From a virus: a DNA stretch of 64,000 bases. A program made the position numbers and the translations under genes. Under the pieces are notes generated by a model that was not told where the DNA came from, made no database searches, and saw only the letters and a list, made by a program, of their open reading frames with translations. Of this stretch, positions 11,715 to 21,426 are shown in pieces. The DNA lies in IMG/VR virus record IMGVR_UViG_3300037069_000805, positions 40,241-104,240 of that record. The stretch is one strand, 5' to 3'. The first letter of the stretch is position 1; each line of letters starts with the position of its first letter.

Positions 11715-14700
11715 TTAATTTCCTTTACAAATTTTCTTAATTTCTTCTGGTTTGTAGTTTAACTCTATAATTTTTTCAAAATCTACATAAGTTAAATCAT
11801 TATCAGATTTATTATTTTCATCTTTATATATATCCATTCCTTTTAAGAATGTTTCATCTTCAAGAAATAAATCTATTTGTGGTTCAGATAATTTAGTATT
11901 ATCTTTTTTAACATCTTCAGTTAATTTTTGTGCCTCTTTATTTTCCACTGTACCAGGTATTTCACTTTGTGATTGCAAAGATAGTGATTTTTTTTCAGAA
12001 TTCCTAGTATTTTCTACTTTATTTTCATTACCAGTAGCAACATTAAAGAAATCAGTAGCTAAATTCATTTCTTCTTCTGGACTTAAATTAGCATCTTTAC
12101 CTACATATTTATCTAAGTAATCATTTTGTGCTTTAGTAAATTTAGTTGTACTAGGATTTTTTATAATAGGTTTAGTTTCTAAGTAAATGTTAGTATAACC
12201 TCCAAATGTTGGTTTTAAATTACCATTTTCATCAGTTCCTACGACAGCATTTGTATTTAATACATTATTTTGAATAAGATAGTTTAAATAATCTATATTA
12301 TGTGTATTTAAAGCTTTAGTTCCAATATTTTTAGGATTACCAAAGTTTATACCTCTTCTTTTTTGAGTAGTTAAAAACTCTATTAAATCACCCTCAACAG
12401 CTTCTAATTCATCTAAACTATTAACACTTACATTTCTAAATTTAAATGCCCCTGTTTTATAATCAAATCTAAATTGTGATTTTTCATTTTCAGAACCATC
12501 GTAAATTAATAAATCAATTATATCTTTTAATGAAATTTCATTTTCATTTTTAACAGATTTAATCAAATCATATTCTATTGGTATAGTTAATTTAATTTTA
12601 TTTACTAAATCAGGTGCGTCTTTTTCAATATCTTTTAATAAAGTAGCTTTATTTAAGGTTGTAGGTCTATTATTATTTTTAAATCTATATCTAGTAATAT
12701 CAAATAATAAATCAGCCTGATTAAAATCTAATTTTAAAGTATTTAATTTTAAATGAAACAACTCACCATTAGTCATTGGTATTTTTAAATAAAATTCTCC
12801 AGAAGATAAAGTTTCTCCATTAACATTATATTTAGTTTCAATATCTCCTTTAGGATTAATTAAAGTACCAAAATCTTGCACATTAAATAAATTCTCTCTA
12901 ATATATTGATAACCTTTTTTAGTTAAATTACCATTTTCATCTACTAATTTTAATGTTTGAAATGCTTGTAATTGAGAAATAGTATTCTCTTTTACATTTC
13001 CATTTTCATCTGTATCTGTAATTAGCGTACCAGGCATTTGTCCTGCAATTTTAATAGACATATTATTTAAAGAATTACCATCTAATATAGAATTAACTAT
13101 CAGTAATCTACTATCTCTATCTTTGCTATTAAATATTTCAGCACTAACTTTAGTAGAAGGTAGTGTTTCCATTGGCGCAACTACATTAGAGTCCTTTATA
13201 CCTACATTTAAAGGAAGATAATTAGTTAAGAACTCTCTAAGTTCATCTATAGATTTAATGTTGTTCTTAGGACTGTTAATTATGTATTGTATTGTTTCTT
13301 TAATACTATTACTTTGTAAATATGTAGCAATTTCTGAAGCAAGTTTTAAATTAGCATTATCTCCAGGATTAGTGTTTATACTAAAATTTAATACTCTTCC
13401 TGTTTTATCTTCAGGAGTATTTTCATAATCAATCCAATCTTGATTTATAAATTCAAATTTTACTCCAGTCTTTTGATTTTTACTTATTAGTTTTAATTTA
13501 TTTTGTTGTAAAGTTTTATACTTAGTATCACCTGCTATTTTTTTACTTTCATTAATATTATCTTCTAAATTTACATCATCTACTTGTTCAAATGAATTAT
13601 CTGGATTATCAGTTAAAGTTCCACTAGGAGTTGTTGAAGTATTACCTTCATTTTCAACTTCATCTTTTTGGTTTGATATAGTAGCATCTTCTTCTTGTTT
13701 TAAAGACTCTTTAGAATCTTCTATTGCTTTGCTAATAATTGGATTATCTTTTTGTTCTTTAGATAATTTATCTGTAAAATCTTGTAAATCTTTACTAGTA
13801 GGTTGTTTTCTTATGTTATCTATAACTTCTTGATGTTTTTCTGTATTTTCGTCAGAAGTTTCTTTTTCTAGATTTTCTCTTTGGTTTATTAAACTATCAA
13901 AATAATTCTGATTAGCCTTTTTATCCCAAATAACATCATTAACTAATTCAGATATTTCTTTTAGATTATTTTTAGATTTTTCTATCTGCTTATCTAAATG
14001 TTCTATTACATTACCTTTATTTTCTTTTTTGTATTTATAGATTTCTTCAGTAACACCTTCTTTGTAATCAGGATTTAATTCTAATTCTTTTTTAGGCAAA
14101 TAATCTAAATTCTTTTCAAATTCAATTTTTTGTTTCTCTAATTTATCTAATTTTTTACGCTCATGATATTCATCTGACTTTTCACCTATATAAGTGTTTA
14201 ATAAATTCATATAGTATGATTTATAGTCATTATCATTAGCTTTTACATTTTTAGGTTGTATTTTTAATGCTTTTTGAAAGTCATTAAAAGCTTGAACATG
14301 TTTTTGTAAATATTTAGCTTTATCTATAACTCTTTCAATAGATTCTCTATTTTCTTTATTTTTATTTTTACGTTCTTTTTCTTCTAATGTATTATCAGAC
14401 TCTTGTGTATCTTCTGAGAACAATTGTTTTAAATGTTCATGTAAAGCGTCAATACCCATCTCGTCCTCACCTATAAAATTATTAATTAATTGAGTTTCTG
14501 CAGAATGTTTTAAATCTTCAATAAGTTGTTCATTACCATTTTTAACAGCTAAGTCGAATAATTCAGACTTACCTTCCATTATATTTAAAGCATCATGTAC
14601 TTTTTTAACATTTTCTGGAATTATAATTTTATTACCTTTTTTATCCTTATCAAATACTCTTTCTTCTTTACCAGTTTCTTTATTTAGTTCTACATGGCTT

Positions 14701-16352
14701 TTATAAATATCTGTATTTAATATTGTATTATAATCAGATGAATGAAGATTTATTTTGTCTATTAATTTATTTGTTTTTTCTCTATCTTGTGCATCATGTT
14801 TCATTCCTCCATATACACCAAAAGCACCACCTTGTACAGCTCCTAATAATACTGAAACCTGCCCTTCAGTTGTTCCTAATGTTTTTATATAATCAGATCC
14901 TAATGATATTAAATCTAAATTTAATTCGCCATCATCTGTAATTAAATTATTAGAATCTTTTTTACCATATAATCCTCTTTTTACAATTCTATTTTCTAAA
15001 GTAGTTTGAATACCTTCTTCCCATAAACCTTCAGATGCAGCATTTTTAACAAAATGTCCTAATACATCTTTAACTACATTTTTACCACTTCTTTGCGCTA
15101 CATTCTCTAATTTAGGTATTTCTTTTTCAGTAGTTGATGTTATAGCTTTACCTAATTTCTGTAGTGGTTTATATTCTGAATTTGCAATTTTACCACCAAC
15201 TTGATCAACTAAGTTAGTTAAAGTTTTATTTTCAGCTGTTTTAACTAAAGACTTAGCTCCTTTACCATATAATAGTCTTGTCTGAATATAATCTGGACCA
15301 GCCAATACAGCTACATTATCCCAAAATGATGTAGACATTGCATTAGCAACTCTTTCTTTAAATTCATTTTCAGCTACATCATCTGATACTGTTGCTGATT
15401 TTTGATTATATTCTTCGTCAGTTATTTGATGAGTTCTTCTTTTTATATCTAAATCAGCTAATTCATTTAGAACTTTTTGTTGATAATCTGGTTGTGCTTT
15501 TCTATTTTTAATCCATTTAGGTTTTTCTTTCATCATATCATCAGAAACACCTTTTGATTCTGCTCCAGCTTCAAAAAATACATTTGCAGCAGTTATACCT
15601 ATCTCATTAACTTTTTCAGCAGTAAAACCTAATTTTGTTAATTTTGAAATTGTATCTCCAGTATCTTTAGCGTAACCAACTCTATTTAACGCTTTAGCTG
15701 ATAAACCTAATAATTCTTCACTTATTCCCATAGCTTTAAATGCAGCTCCAGGAGCCATAGCTGATAACATATAACCTAAACCATCTGCACCATCAGTAGC
15801 AAAAAATGAAGTAGATTTCATTTTATCAATAACATTACCATCCTGGACTGCTCTTGATATATATACTGGTAATAAATCACTATTAATTTTTGCATTTAGA
15901 TTATCCAATGCTTTTACACCAACATTATTAAATGTTGTATCTAAAAAATTATGTTCATCCTTACCTGTTGTAAGATCACCAATATTTTCAACAGTTCCAG
16001 CTATAGCACCACCTAAGTAAGCTACTGTTTTAGCCATTTCTATACCTGCTTTATCAGCAGTTCTAATAAGACCTAAACCAGCTTGTGCTAAACCAGATTG
16101 TTCATTAGCTCTATGTTCATTAATAGAACCTTGAACATCATCTTTTCTAATATCAGTTGCCCAGTTTAAACCTTCGTCATATTTAGAATCACCGTATCCA
16201 GTATTTACACCAAGTAATGAAGTGTTTATTTTACTATAAACTTGCTTCATTTTATTTGGAGTATCTTGTTTTAGTCCTAATTGATCAGCTAAACCCTTTT
16301 TTGGAGGATCTGTAAACTCATTATCATAAGGATTGTTTTGTAATAAACTCAT
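11715..16352 (-). CDS. Large virion cargo/ejection protein (1545 aa)
   Basis: Gly/Ala-rich N-terminal segments, EGLWEEGIQ motif, coiled-coil middle; directly upstream of the vRNAP. Confidence 0.7.
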   Translation of the reverse strand: MSLLQNNPYDNEFTDPPKKGLADQLGLKQDTPNKMKQVYSKINTSLLGVNTGYGDSKYDEGLNWATDIRKDDVQGSINEHRANEQSGLAQAGLGLIRTADKAGIEMAKTVAYLGGAIAGTVENIGDLTTGKDEHNFLDTTFNNVGVKALDNLNAKINSDLLPVYISRAVQDGNVIDKMKSTSFFATDGADGLGYMLSAMAPGAAFKAMGISEELLGLSAKALNRVGYAKDTGDTISKLTKLGFTAEKVNEIGITAANVFFEAGAESKGVSDDMMKEKPKWIKNRKAQPDYQQKVLNELADLDIKRRTHQITDEEYNQKSATVSDDVAENEFKERVANAMSTSFWDNVAVLAGPDYIQTRLLYGKGAKSLVKTAENKTLTNLVDQVGGKIANSEYKPLQKLGKAITSTTEKEIPKLENVAQRSGKNVVKDVLGHFVKNAASEGLWEEGIQTTLENRIVKRGLYGKKDSNNLITDDGELNLDLISLGSDYIKTLGTTEGQVSVLLGAVQGGAFGVYGGMKHDAQDREKTNKLIDKINLHSSDYNTILNTDIYKSHVELNKETGKEERVFDKDKKGNKIIIPENVKKVHDALNIMEGKSELFDLAVKNGNEQLIEDLKHSAETQLINNFIGEDEMGIDALHEHLKQLFSEDTQESDNTLEEKERKNKNKENRESIERVIDKAKYLQKHVQAFNDFQKALKIQPKNVKANDNDYKSYYMNLLNTYIGEKSDEYHERKKLDKLEKQKIEFEKNLDYLPKKELELNPDYKEGVTEEIYKYKKENKGNVIEHLDKQIEKSKNNLKEISELVNDVIWDKKANQNYFDSLINQRENLEKETSDENTEKHQEVIDNIRKQPTSKDLQDFTDKLSKEQKDNPIISKAIEDSKESLKQEEDATISNQKDEVENEGNTSTTPSGTLTDNPDNSFEQVDDVNLEDNINESKKIAGDTKYKTLQQNKLKLISKNQKTGVKFEFINQDWIDYENTPEDKTGRVLNFSINTNPGDNANLKLASEIATYLQSNSIKETIQYIINSPKNNIKSIDELREFLTNYLPLNVGIKDSNVVAPMETLPSTKVSAEIFNSKDRDSRLLIVNSILDGNSLNNMSIKIAGQMPGTLITDTDENGNVKENTISQLQAFQTLKLVDENGNLTKKGYQYIRENLFNVQDFGTLINPKGDIETKYNVNGETLSSGEFYLKIPMTNGELFHLKLNTLKLDFNQADLLFDITRYRFKNNNRPTTLNKATLLKDIEKDAPDLVNKIKLTIPIEYDLIKSVKNENEISLKDIIDLLIYDGSENEKSQFRFDYKTGAFKFRNVSVNSLDELEAVEGDLIEFLTTQKRRGINFGNPKNIGTKALNTHNIDYLNYLIQNNVLNTNAVVGTDENGNLKPTFGGYTNIYLETKPIIKNPSTTKFTKAQNDYLDKYVGKDANLSPEEEMNLATDFFNVATGNENKVENTRNSEKKSLSLQSQSEIPGTVENKEAQKLTEDVKKDNTKLSEPQIDLFLEDETFLKGMDIYKDENNKSDNDLTYVDFEKIIELNYKPEEIKKICKGN

Positions 16353-16361
16353 ATTTTATAT

Positions 16362-18173
16362 TTATTTACCTGTCATTAAATCTTCCATTTCAGTAGAAAA
16401 TTCAGCAGGTGATAATTTTTCAGCTTTAGCGTTTCCTTTTCTCATATCTATAGTACCATCTTCATTATATCTAATTTGAGTACCTTTTAAGTTTTCATTT
16501 CCAGAATATCTACCTGTAGCCGTAACCCAATCACCAAATTTCTGAACTGCATTTTTATAAACTTGATTTATTTCATACGCTCTTTTGAATTCTGGTTTTG
16601 CAATTTCATTTAATGTTCTTCCAATTGCAACTTTATGAACTGGATTACCATCTTTGTCAACTACTAATGCTCTATGAGCCATTACACTTTGTTCTTTATT
16701 ATTTTCAAATTTATAATTGTTATAATTAACAGGTGAATCATATCCAATATATTGAACTTTTTCACCATCTCCTAGTGTAATTTTTTCACCAGTTTTTATA
16801 TCAATCATTGGTCTAAGACCAGCTTTAGTATCTAAAGTAAGTTGTTGATCTCTATCTGCTGGAGCTTTACCTGATAATTCTCCCATAAATAATTGATCTT
16901 CTCCTGTTGTATCAGGTCTTAATATATCATTACCTATAGTTAATTTATCCATATATTTTTTCATATATTCACTAGCAGCAGCTGCAGTTTTTGGATCATT
17001 TAAATCAGCATTAGATGGTAATTTATGAGAACTTTTTAATTTATTAACTGCTACTTCATAAGCTCTTTGAGATAATTTATCATCAAATATATCTTTATAA
17101 GTATACTTATTAGGATTTTCACCTGGTTTATATGGAGTATTTCTACCTTGTAATCCAGTATGAGAATTAGCTAATGCATAAGAAAATCCAACTTTACTTT
17201 TACCTATTTGACTAACATCAACATCATTTATTCTTCCTGTTAAAGTATGAGTACTATCTGGATCAAATATACCAGATGGTTCTGCTTTATCTTCTTTTTT
17301 CTTAGCATTTGGATCACCTATAAATTGTGCATTTTCTCCTCTGTTATCAACTACTCCAGTTTTTAACATTGAATTAACTCCATTTACTAATTGAGATTGA
17401 ACATTTGCATCATTAGCACCTTCAAATTTTCTTGAATCACTCCATTCTTTTTCACCAAATTGATTTTGTAACAGTCCTAATGCACTTTGTAAATTAGGTT
17501 TATTAGATGTTTCTATTCTTCTTCCAGAACGATCAACCATTATCATTCCACCAAATGGTCCTTGTGCAAAACTGTATCCATTAGCTCTCATTTCACCAGT
17601 AACTTGTTCTCCTAATAAATCATGAACACTTTTAAGTTTATCTAAAGTTTCAATTTTCTTAGGTGCTCCAAGTAAACCAATGTTTGATATATTATTTTGA
17701 CTATCAAAGCCAGTATATTTATCTTTTGAACTAAAATCATTCCATGCATTTAATGCACGTTCCATTGACCAACCTTTTGTTTTAGTAGCATCTTCTAGAA
17801 AATCTTTACGATTTTCCATATATACTTTCTTAGCATTATTTATTTGTCCAATCCTTCCAGTTGGTGCAACTAAATTTTGATATTCTCTATTTAAAGCTAT
17901 AGTTTTACCAACCATATCATTATTAAAACCATTTGTTGCTAAATCAGATGCTTGTTGATCTATTTTTGATTCAATATTATTTTTTAATTTAGCTGCTTCT
18001 TCCAAATGTACATCTAATGGATCTACTTTTGCAAGTCCACCAATAATTTCTTGTTGTTGTGCTAGTAATGCATCATGCTTTTGTCTTTTTAACATAGGAA
18101 CAAAAGCTAATTCTTGCATGGTCTGAGGAGTATATGCTGAAGGTGAAATCTCTGTGTAACGGTTAGTTGCCAT
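16362..18173 (-). CDS. Virion cargo/ejection protein (603 aa)
   Basis: Position in the cargo cassette; helical N-terminus; no Cys. Confidence 0.6.
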   Translation of the reverse strand: MATNRYTEISPSAYTPQTMQELAFVPMLKRQKHDALLAQQQEIIGGLAKVDPLDVHLEEAAKLKNNIESKIDQQASDLATNGFNNDMVGKTIALNREYQNLVAPTGRIGQINNAKKVYMENRKDFLEDATKTKGWSMERALNAWNDFSSKDKYTGFDSQNNISNIGLLGAPKKIETLDKLKSVHDLLGEQVTGEMRANGYSFAQGPFGGMIMVDRSGRRIETSNKPNLQSALGLLQNQFGEKEWSDSRKFEGANDANVQSQLVNGVNSMLKTGVVDNRGENAQFIGDPNAKKKEDKAEPSGIFDPDSTHTLTGRINDVDVSQIGKSKVGFSYALANSHTGLQGRNTPYKPGENPNKYTYKDIFDDKLSQRAYEVAVNKLKSSHKLPSNADLNDPKTAAAASEYMKKYMDKLTIGNDILRPDTTGEDQLFMGELSGKAPADRDQQLTLDTKAGLRPMIDIKTGEKITLGDGEKVQYIGYDSPVNYNNYKFENNKEQSVMAHRALVVDKDGNPVHKVAIGRTLNEIAKPEFKRAYEINQVYKNAVQKFGDWVTATGRYSGNENLKGTQIRYNEDGTIDMRKGNAKAEKLSPAEFSTEMEDLMTGK

Positions 18174-18726
18174 ATTCTATTTGTTTAAATATTGTTTTAT
18201 TATTACGAGTACCATTTATGTTTTGTGATAATGTAACATAATTAATATTATTAATTCTTGCACATTCGGCAGCAGATGAGTAAATTTCTCCTGTTTCTGT
18301 GTTTATAATTTCTTTAGCCATTCCACTATTCTTTTTTAAATTTTCTTTATGAGAATTAGAATGTTTTAATCCTTTATTCCAAGCTAATTGACCTTTATGA
18401 CTAATTGATAATTTAAGACGTTGTTCTTTTGTAGCAATCCTACCAAAAGCTCCTTCTCCACCTAATGAAATATTACAAAGAGTTCCTGTTTTATTACATT
18501 TTCTTCCGTAGTAATCTATTAAAATTATTTCTAATTCTTTAGCTTCTTCGATTGTAATATTTTTTTTTAAAATATCAATTTCATAATTAGGATATTTTTT
18601 AATTGTTTTAGACCATATATTATTACGATGTCTTCTTTCAAAAGGTCTTTTTATATTTCCAATACCAATATAGAATACCTCACCGTTTGGTTTAATATGT
18701 CTATATATACAATAATTATTGTTCAT
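18163..18726 (-). CDS. GIY-YIG family homing endonuclease with NUMOD-type DNA-binding repeats
   Basis: CIYRH..VFYIGIG, NISLGGEG, LSISHKGQLAWNKG, TGEIYSSAAECAR. Confidence 0.8.
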   Translation of the reverse strand: MNNNYCIYRHIKPNGEVFYIGIGNIKRPFERRHRNNIWSKTIKKYPNYEIDILKKNITIEEAKELEIILIDYYGRKCNKTGTLCNISLGGEGAFGRIATKEQRLKLSISHKGQLAWNKGLKHSNSHKENLKKNSGMAKEIINTETGEIYSSAAECARINNINYVTLSQNINGTRNNKTIFKQIEYGN

Positions 18727-18728
18727 TA

Positions 18729-20426
18729 TTAATATCCTTTATTATTTTTACGTAAATAACCTCCATACATATTACTTGTAATAGAAGTTCCTACAAATTT
18801 ATTTGGATCACCAAAAGATGGTGTACTATTTTTTTCAGCTAGTACTTGTTCATATGTTTTTTTAACACCAGTTTTCTTATTTACCATATACTTTCCATCC
18901 CACGAATATCCTAAGGCTTCAGCAATTTGATTTTTTTCAACTTCTTCTTTACCAATAGCTCCTAAATCAGTACCTATACTACCAAGTAATTTAGATTTTT
19001 GAGTATCATAATTAGCTGTATTTCTATCATTAATATCTAATTCAGCATTAGATTGACTCATATTAGCTTGATTAACTCCTAAATCAAATTGTTGTTTATA
19101 TTGTTTTTGTGCATTATTTAATTCGTTTGCTTTTAGATATGCATCTGACATACCTTTAGTATAATTAAGATTAGCTCCTAATATATTACTTCTTAAAGCT
19201 CCTTCTGAACCATTAGTAGCATTTGTAAGTGCATTAATAGTATTATCATTTTCATTAGATACTGTATTTTGTAAATTTCTTTCATCAACATATGAAGGAT
19301 TATATGTATTAGATAATCTATCTAATCTTTCAGCTTTTGGTTTTTTTAATTGAGATAACTGAAATGCATTCATAGCTACTGGAGCATATTTTAAAAACTT
19401 ACCACCATTTTTATCTAAATAATCACCAATACCTGAATTAGAATTAACTGGTAAAGTAGATTTAACTAGTGAATTAGATGGTTGTAATAGTGATGTTGTA
19501 GGTTGTAAATTATTACTAACTAAACCTTGCTTTAAACCTGTTGTATCTATTGAAGATACTGGATTTCTTGCCGATGTAAAAGCATATTGTCCATTTGGAA
19601 AACCTAAATTACTAGAATCATATATTCCTTTAGGAAAAGTATCTTCTTCTAATGGACCTCCATATGCAAAATCATTACTAAATTGATTACTAGCTTTAAA
19701 AGCTTGTCTATTTGCTTCACGTTTAGCTTCTTTTTTAGCACTAATTCCAGTTATAAATCCACTTGCTAATTTACCTACTTGACTACCAATCATTCCACCA
19801 ATAGGACCACCAATAGCAGTTCCTGCCAATGTTGTACCTGTTTCAATTCCAGCACTTAATGCACCATCATTATCTCCAGCTATAAGTGAATTTATTCCAG
19901 CCATAGCAGGTTGTATTGCAGCAGTATATCCACTACCTTCAGCACCTTCTGCATTATCTAAATCACCACCTAAAAACATTTGTTTTTGTTGTGGTTGTAC
20001 AAATTGTTCCATACCTTCTGGTATATCTCCACTATCTTGATTAGAAACTTGTTGAGAATTAGCTTGCATAGATTGATTAATTTGTTCTGCTTCAGCTTGT
20101 CTTTTAGCTTTTTCAGCTTCTTGAGCTTGTGTTAATCTACCTAATAGAGTCTTTCTAGTTTCCATTGAAGGTTTATCATTCCTATCTTTAAATTTCTTAT
20201 CTATTATTTTTGAAGCATCTGCATAAGTTTTACCTTTAACATAAGATGGTAAGTTCATATCTTTAGCAGTATTTTCATCAATAGATAATCTATTTGAATA
20301 AATATAATTACCAATCTTGGATTCACCTTGTTCTACTGTATTATTTTTACCCTGTGGTATTCCGCCTCTTGGGTTTTCACTATGTGTTTCACCTACATTA
20401 AATTCCGTTAGTTTATTATTCTCCAT
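18729..20426 (-). CDS. Cargo protein 1-like ejection protein (crAss001 gp45-like)
   Basis: HSENPRGGIPQG..VEQGE N-terminus, Gly-rich hydrophobic segment GTAIGGPIGGMIG; first cargo gene downstream of the muzzle gene; likely start ATG 20426 (MENNK). Confidence 0.65.
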   Translation of the reverse strand: MENNKLTEFNVGETHSENPRGGIPQGKNNTVEQGESKIGNYIYSNRLSIDENTAKDMNLPSYVKGKTYADASKIIDKKFKDRNDKPSMETRKTLLGRLTQAQEAEKAKRQAEAEQINQSMQANSQQVSNQDSGDIPEGMEQFVQPQQKQMFLGGDLDNAEGAEGSGYTAAIQPAMAGINSLIAGDNDGALSAGIETGTTLAGTAIGGPIGGMIGSQVGKLASGFITGISAKKEAKREANRQAFKASNQFSNDFAYGGPLEEDTFPKGIYDSSNLGFPNGQYAFTSARNPVSSIDTTGLKQGLVSNNLQPTTSLLQPSNSLVKSTLPVNSNSGIGDYLDKNGGKFLKYAPVAMNAFQLSQLKKPKAERLDRLSNTYNPSYVDERNLQNTVSNENDNTINALTNATNGSEGALRSNILGANLNYTKGMSDAYLKANELNNAQKQYKQQFDLGVNQANMSQSNAELDINDRNTANYDTQKSKLLGSIGTDLGAIGKEEVEKNQIAEALGYSWDGKYMVNKKTGVKKTYEQVLAEKNSTPSFGDPNKFVGTSITSNMYGGYLRKNNKGY

Positions 20427-20946
20427 AATATTTATAAGTTGTTTTATTATTCCTACTACCATTCAACCAACGTGACATGTATTTAGGATTTAAGTTATTT
20501 TCTTCACAACATTCTGTTAGTGAATTATATATTTTATTTGTTAAGGTACAAATTACTTTTTTAGAATTATGATGTTTTTCTCCTTTAATTCCATACATAG
20601 GATTATTTTTACCAGTATTTCTAATTTTAGAATTAAGCAAGTACTCTTTAGTATATATTCTTGGTAAAATATTAGTTTCTACTAAAACACAATTTAATCC
20701 ATTTTCAGATAATACATCATAATAATCTTGCCAATATCTTTCTCTAATATTTAGTTCTTCAAATTTACATTCTTCAATAAATTCTATGATATGATTTTCA
20801 AAACTATATTTATCAAAACTATTAAATAATCTAACTTGTTTATTATGACATTTATATTTATAATAAGATATTCTTTTCTTGTAATTTCTTGTCTGCCCAA
20901 TATATATTCTACCTTTTGGATTTGTTATTTTATATATTCCAATCAT
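20416..20946 (-). CDS. GIY-YIG homing endonuclease
   Basis: MIGIYKITNPKGRIYIGQ; GKNNPMYG; NUMOD1-like C-terminus. Confidence 0.85.
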   Translation of the reverse strand: MIGIYKITNPKGRIYIGQTRNYKKRISYYKYKCHNKQVRLFNSFDKYSFENHIIEFIEECKFEELNIRERYWQDYYDVLSENGLNCVLVETNILPRIYTKEYLLNSKIRNTGKNNPMYGIKGEKHHNSKKVICTLTNKIYNSLTECCEENNLNPKYMSRWLNGSRNNKTTYKYYGE

Positions 20947-20958
20947 ATTTAATATTAT

Positions 20959-20986
20959 AAAAAAAAGGAGAGCGTTAACTCTCCTT
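20959..20986 (-). terminator. Intrinsic terminator
   Basis: AAGGAGAG-TTAACG-CTCTCCTT followed by T-tract on the minus strand. Confidence 0.8.
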
Positions 20987-20994
20987 GATTGGTT

Positions 20995-21291
20995 TTACTT
21001 AAATGTTAAATTCTTAAACGTCTTTCCACTGTCGGTAACAATGTAGTAATAATTAGATTTTGTTAAACAAATCAATTTTTTACCTCCTTCTGTAGCGACA
21101 ATACAATGAATATTTGGATTAATGTTTTCCAAAGTAAACATCTTATCGTCAGGCTTGTTGTAAAAGGCATTGTAAGCCGTTTCAAATTTTGAAGGTGAAT
21201 TTTCTCTTTCAATAATTGAAAAAGATTCTCCTAATCCCTGATTATAGACCACGTTATCTTGGTCTATGCTAATCTCTGTTAATGTGTACAT
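20995..21291 (-). CDS. Hypothetical 98-aa protein in a moron-like cassette
   Basis: ORF track; own promoter upstream and terminator downstream. Confidence 0.75.
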   Translation of the reverse strand: MYTLTEISIDQDNVVYNQGLGESFSIIERENSPSKFETAYNAFYNKPDDKMFTLENINPNIHCIVATEGGKKLICLTKSNYYYIVTDSGKTFKNLTFK

Positions 21292-21363
21292 AATTTGTGT
21301 GTATTTATATATTGCCTACTCTTTAGCTTTTCGGCTTCCGCTATGATTTTAAATATGTCAATA

Positions 21364-21395
21364 CAAATATAAGGAATTTTTATTAGAATTCCAAA
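21364..21395 (-). promoter_or_regulatory. Bacteroidota sigma70-type promoter
   Basis: TTTGGA-N18-TATATTTG on the minus strand; matches the -33 TTTG / -7 TAnnTTTG consensus. Confidence 0.8.
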
Positions 21396-21426
21396 TTTTT
21401 AAATACATATTTTATAATATTTTTTA

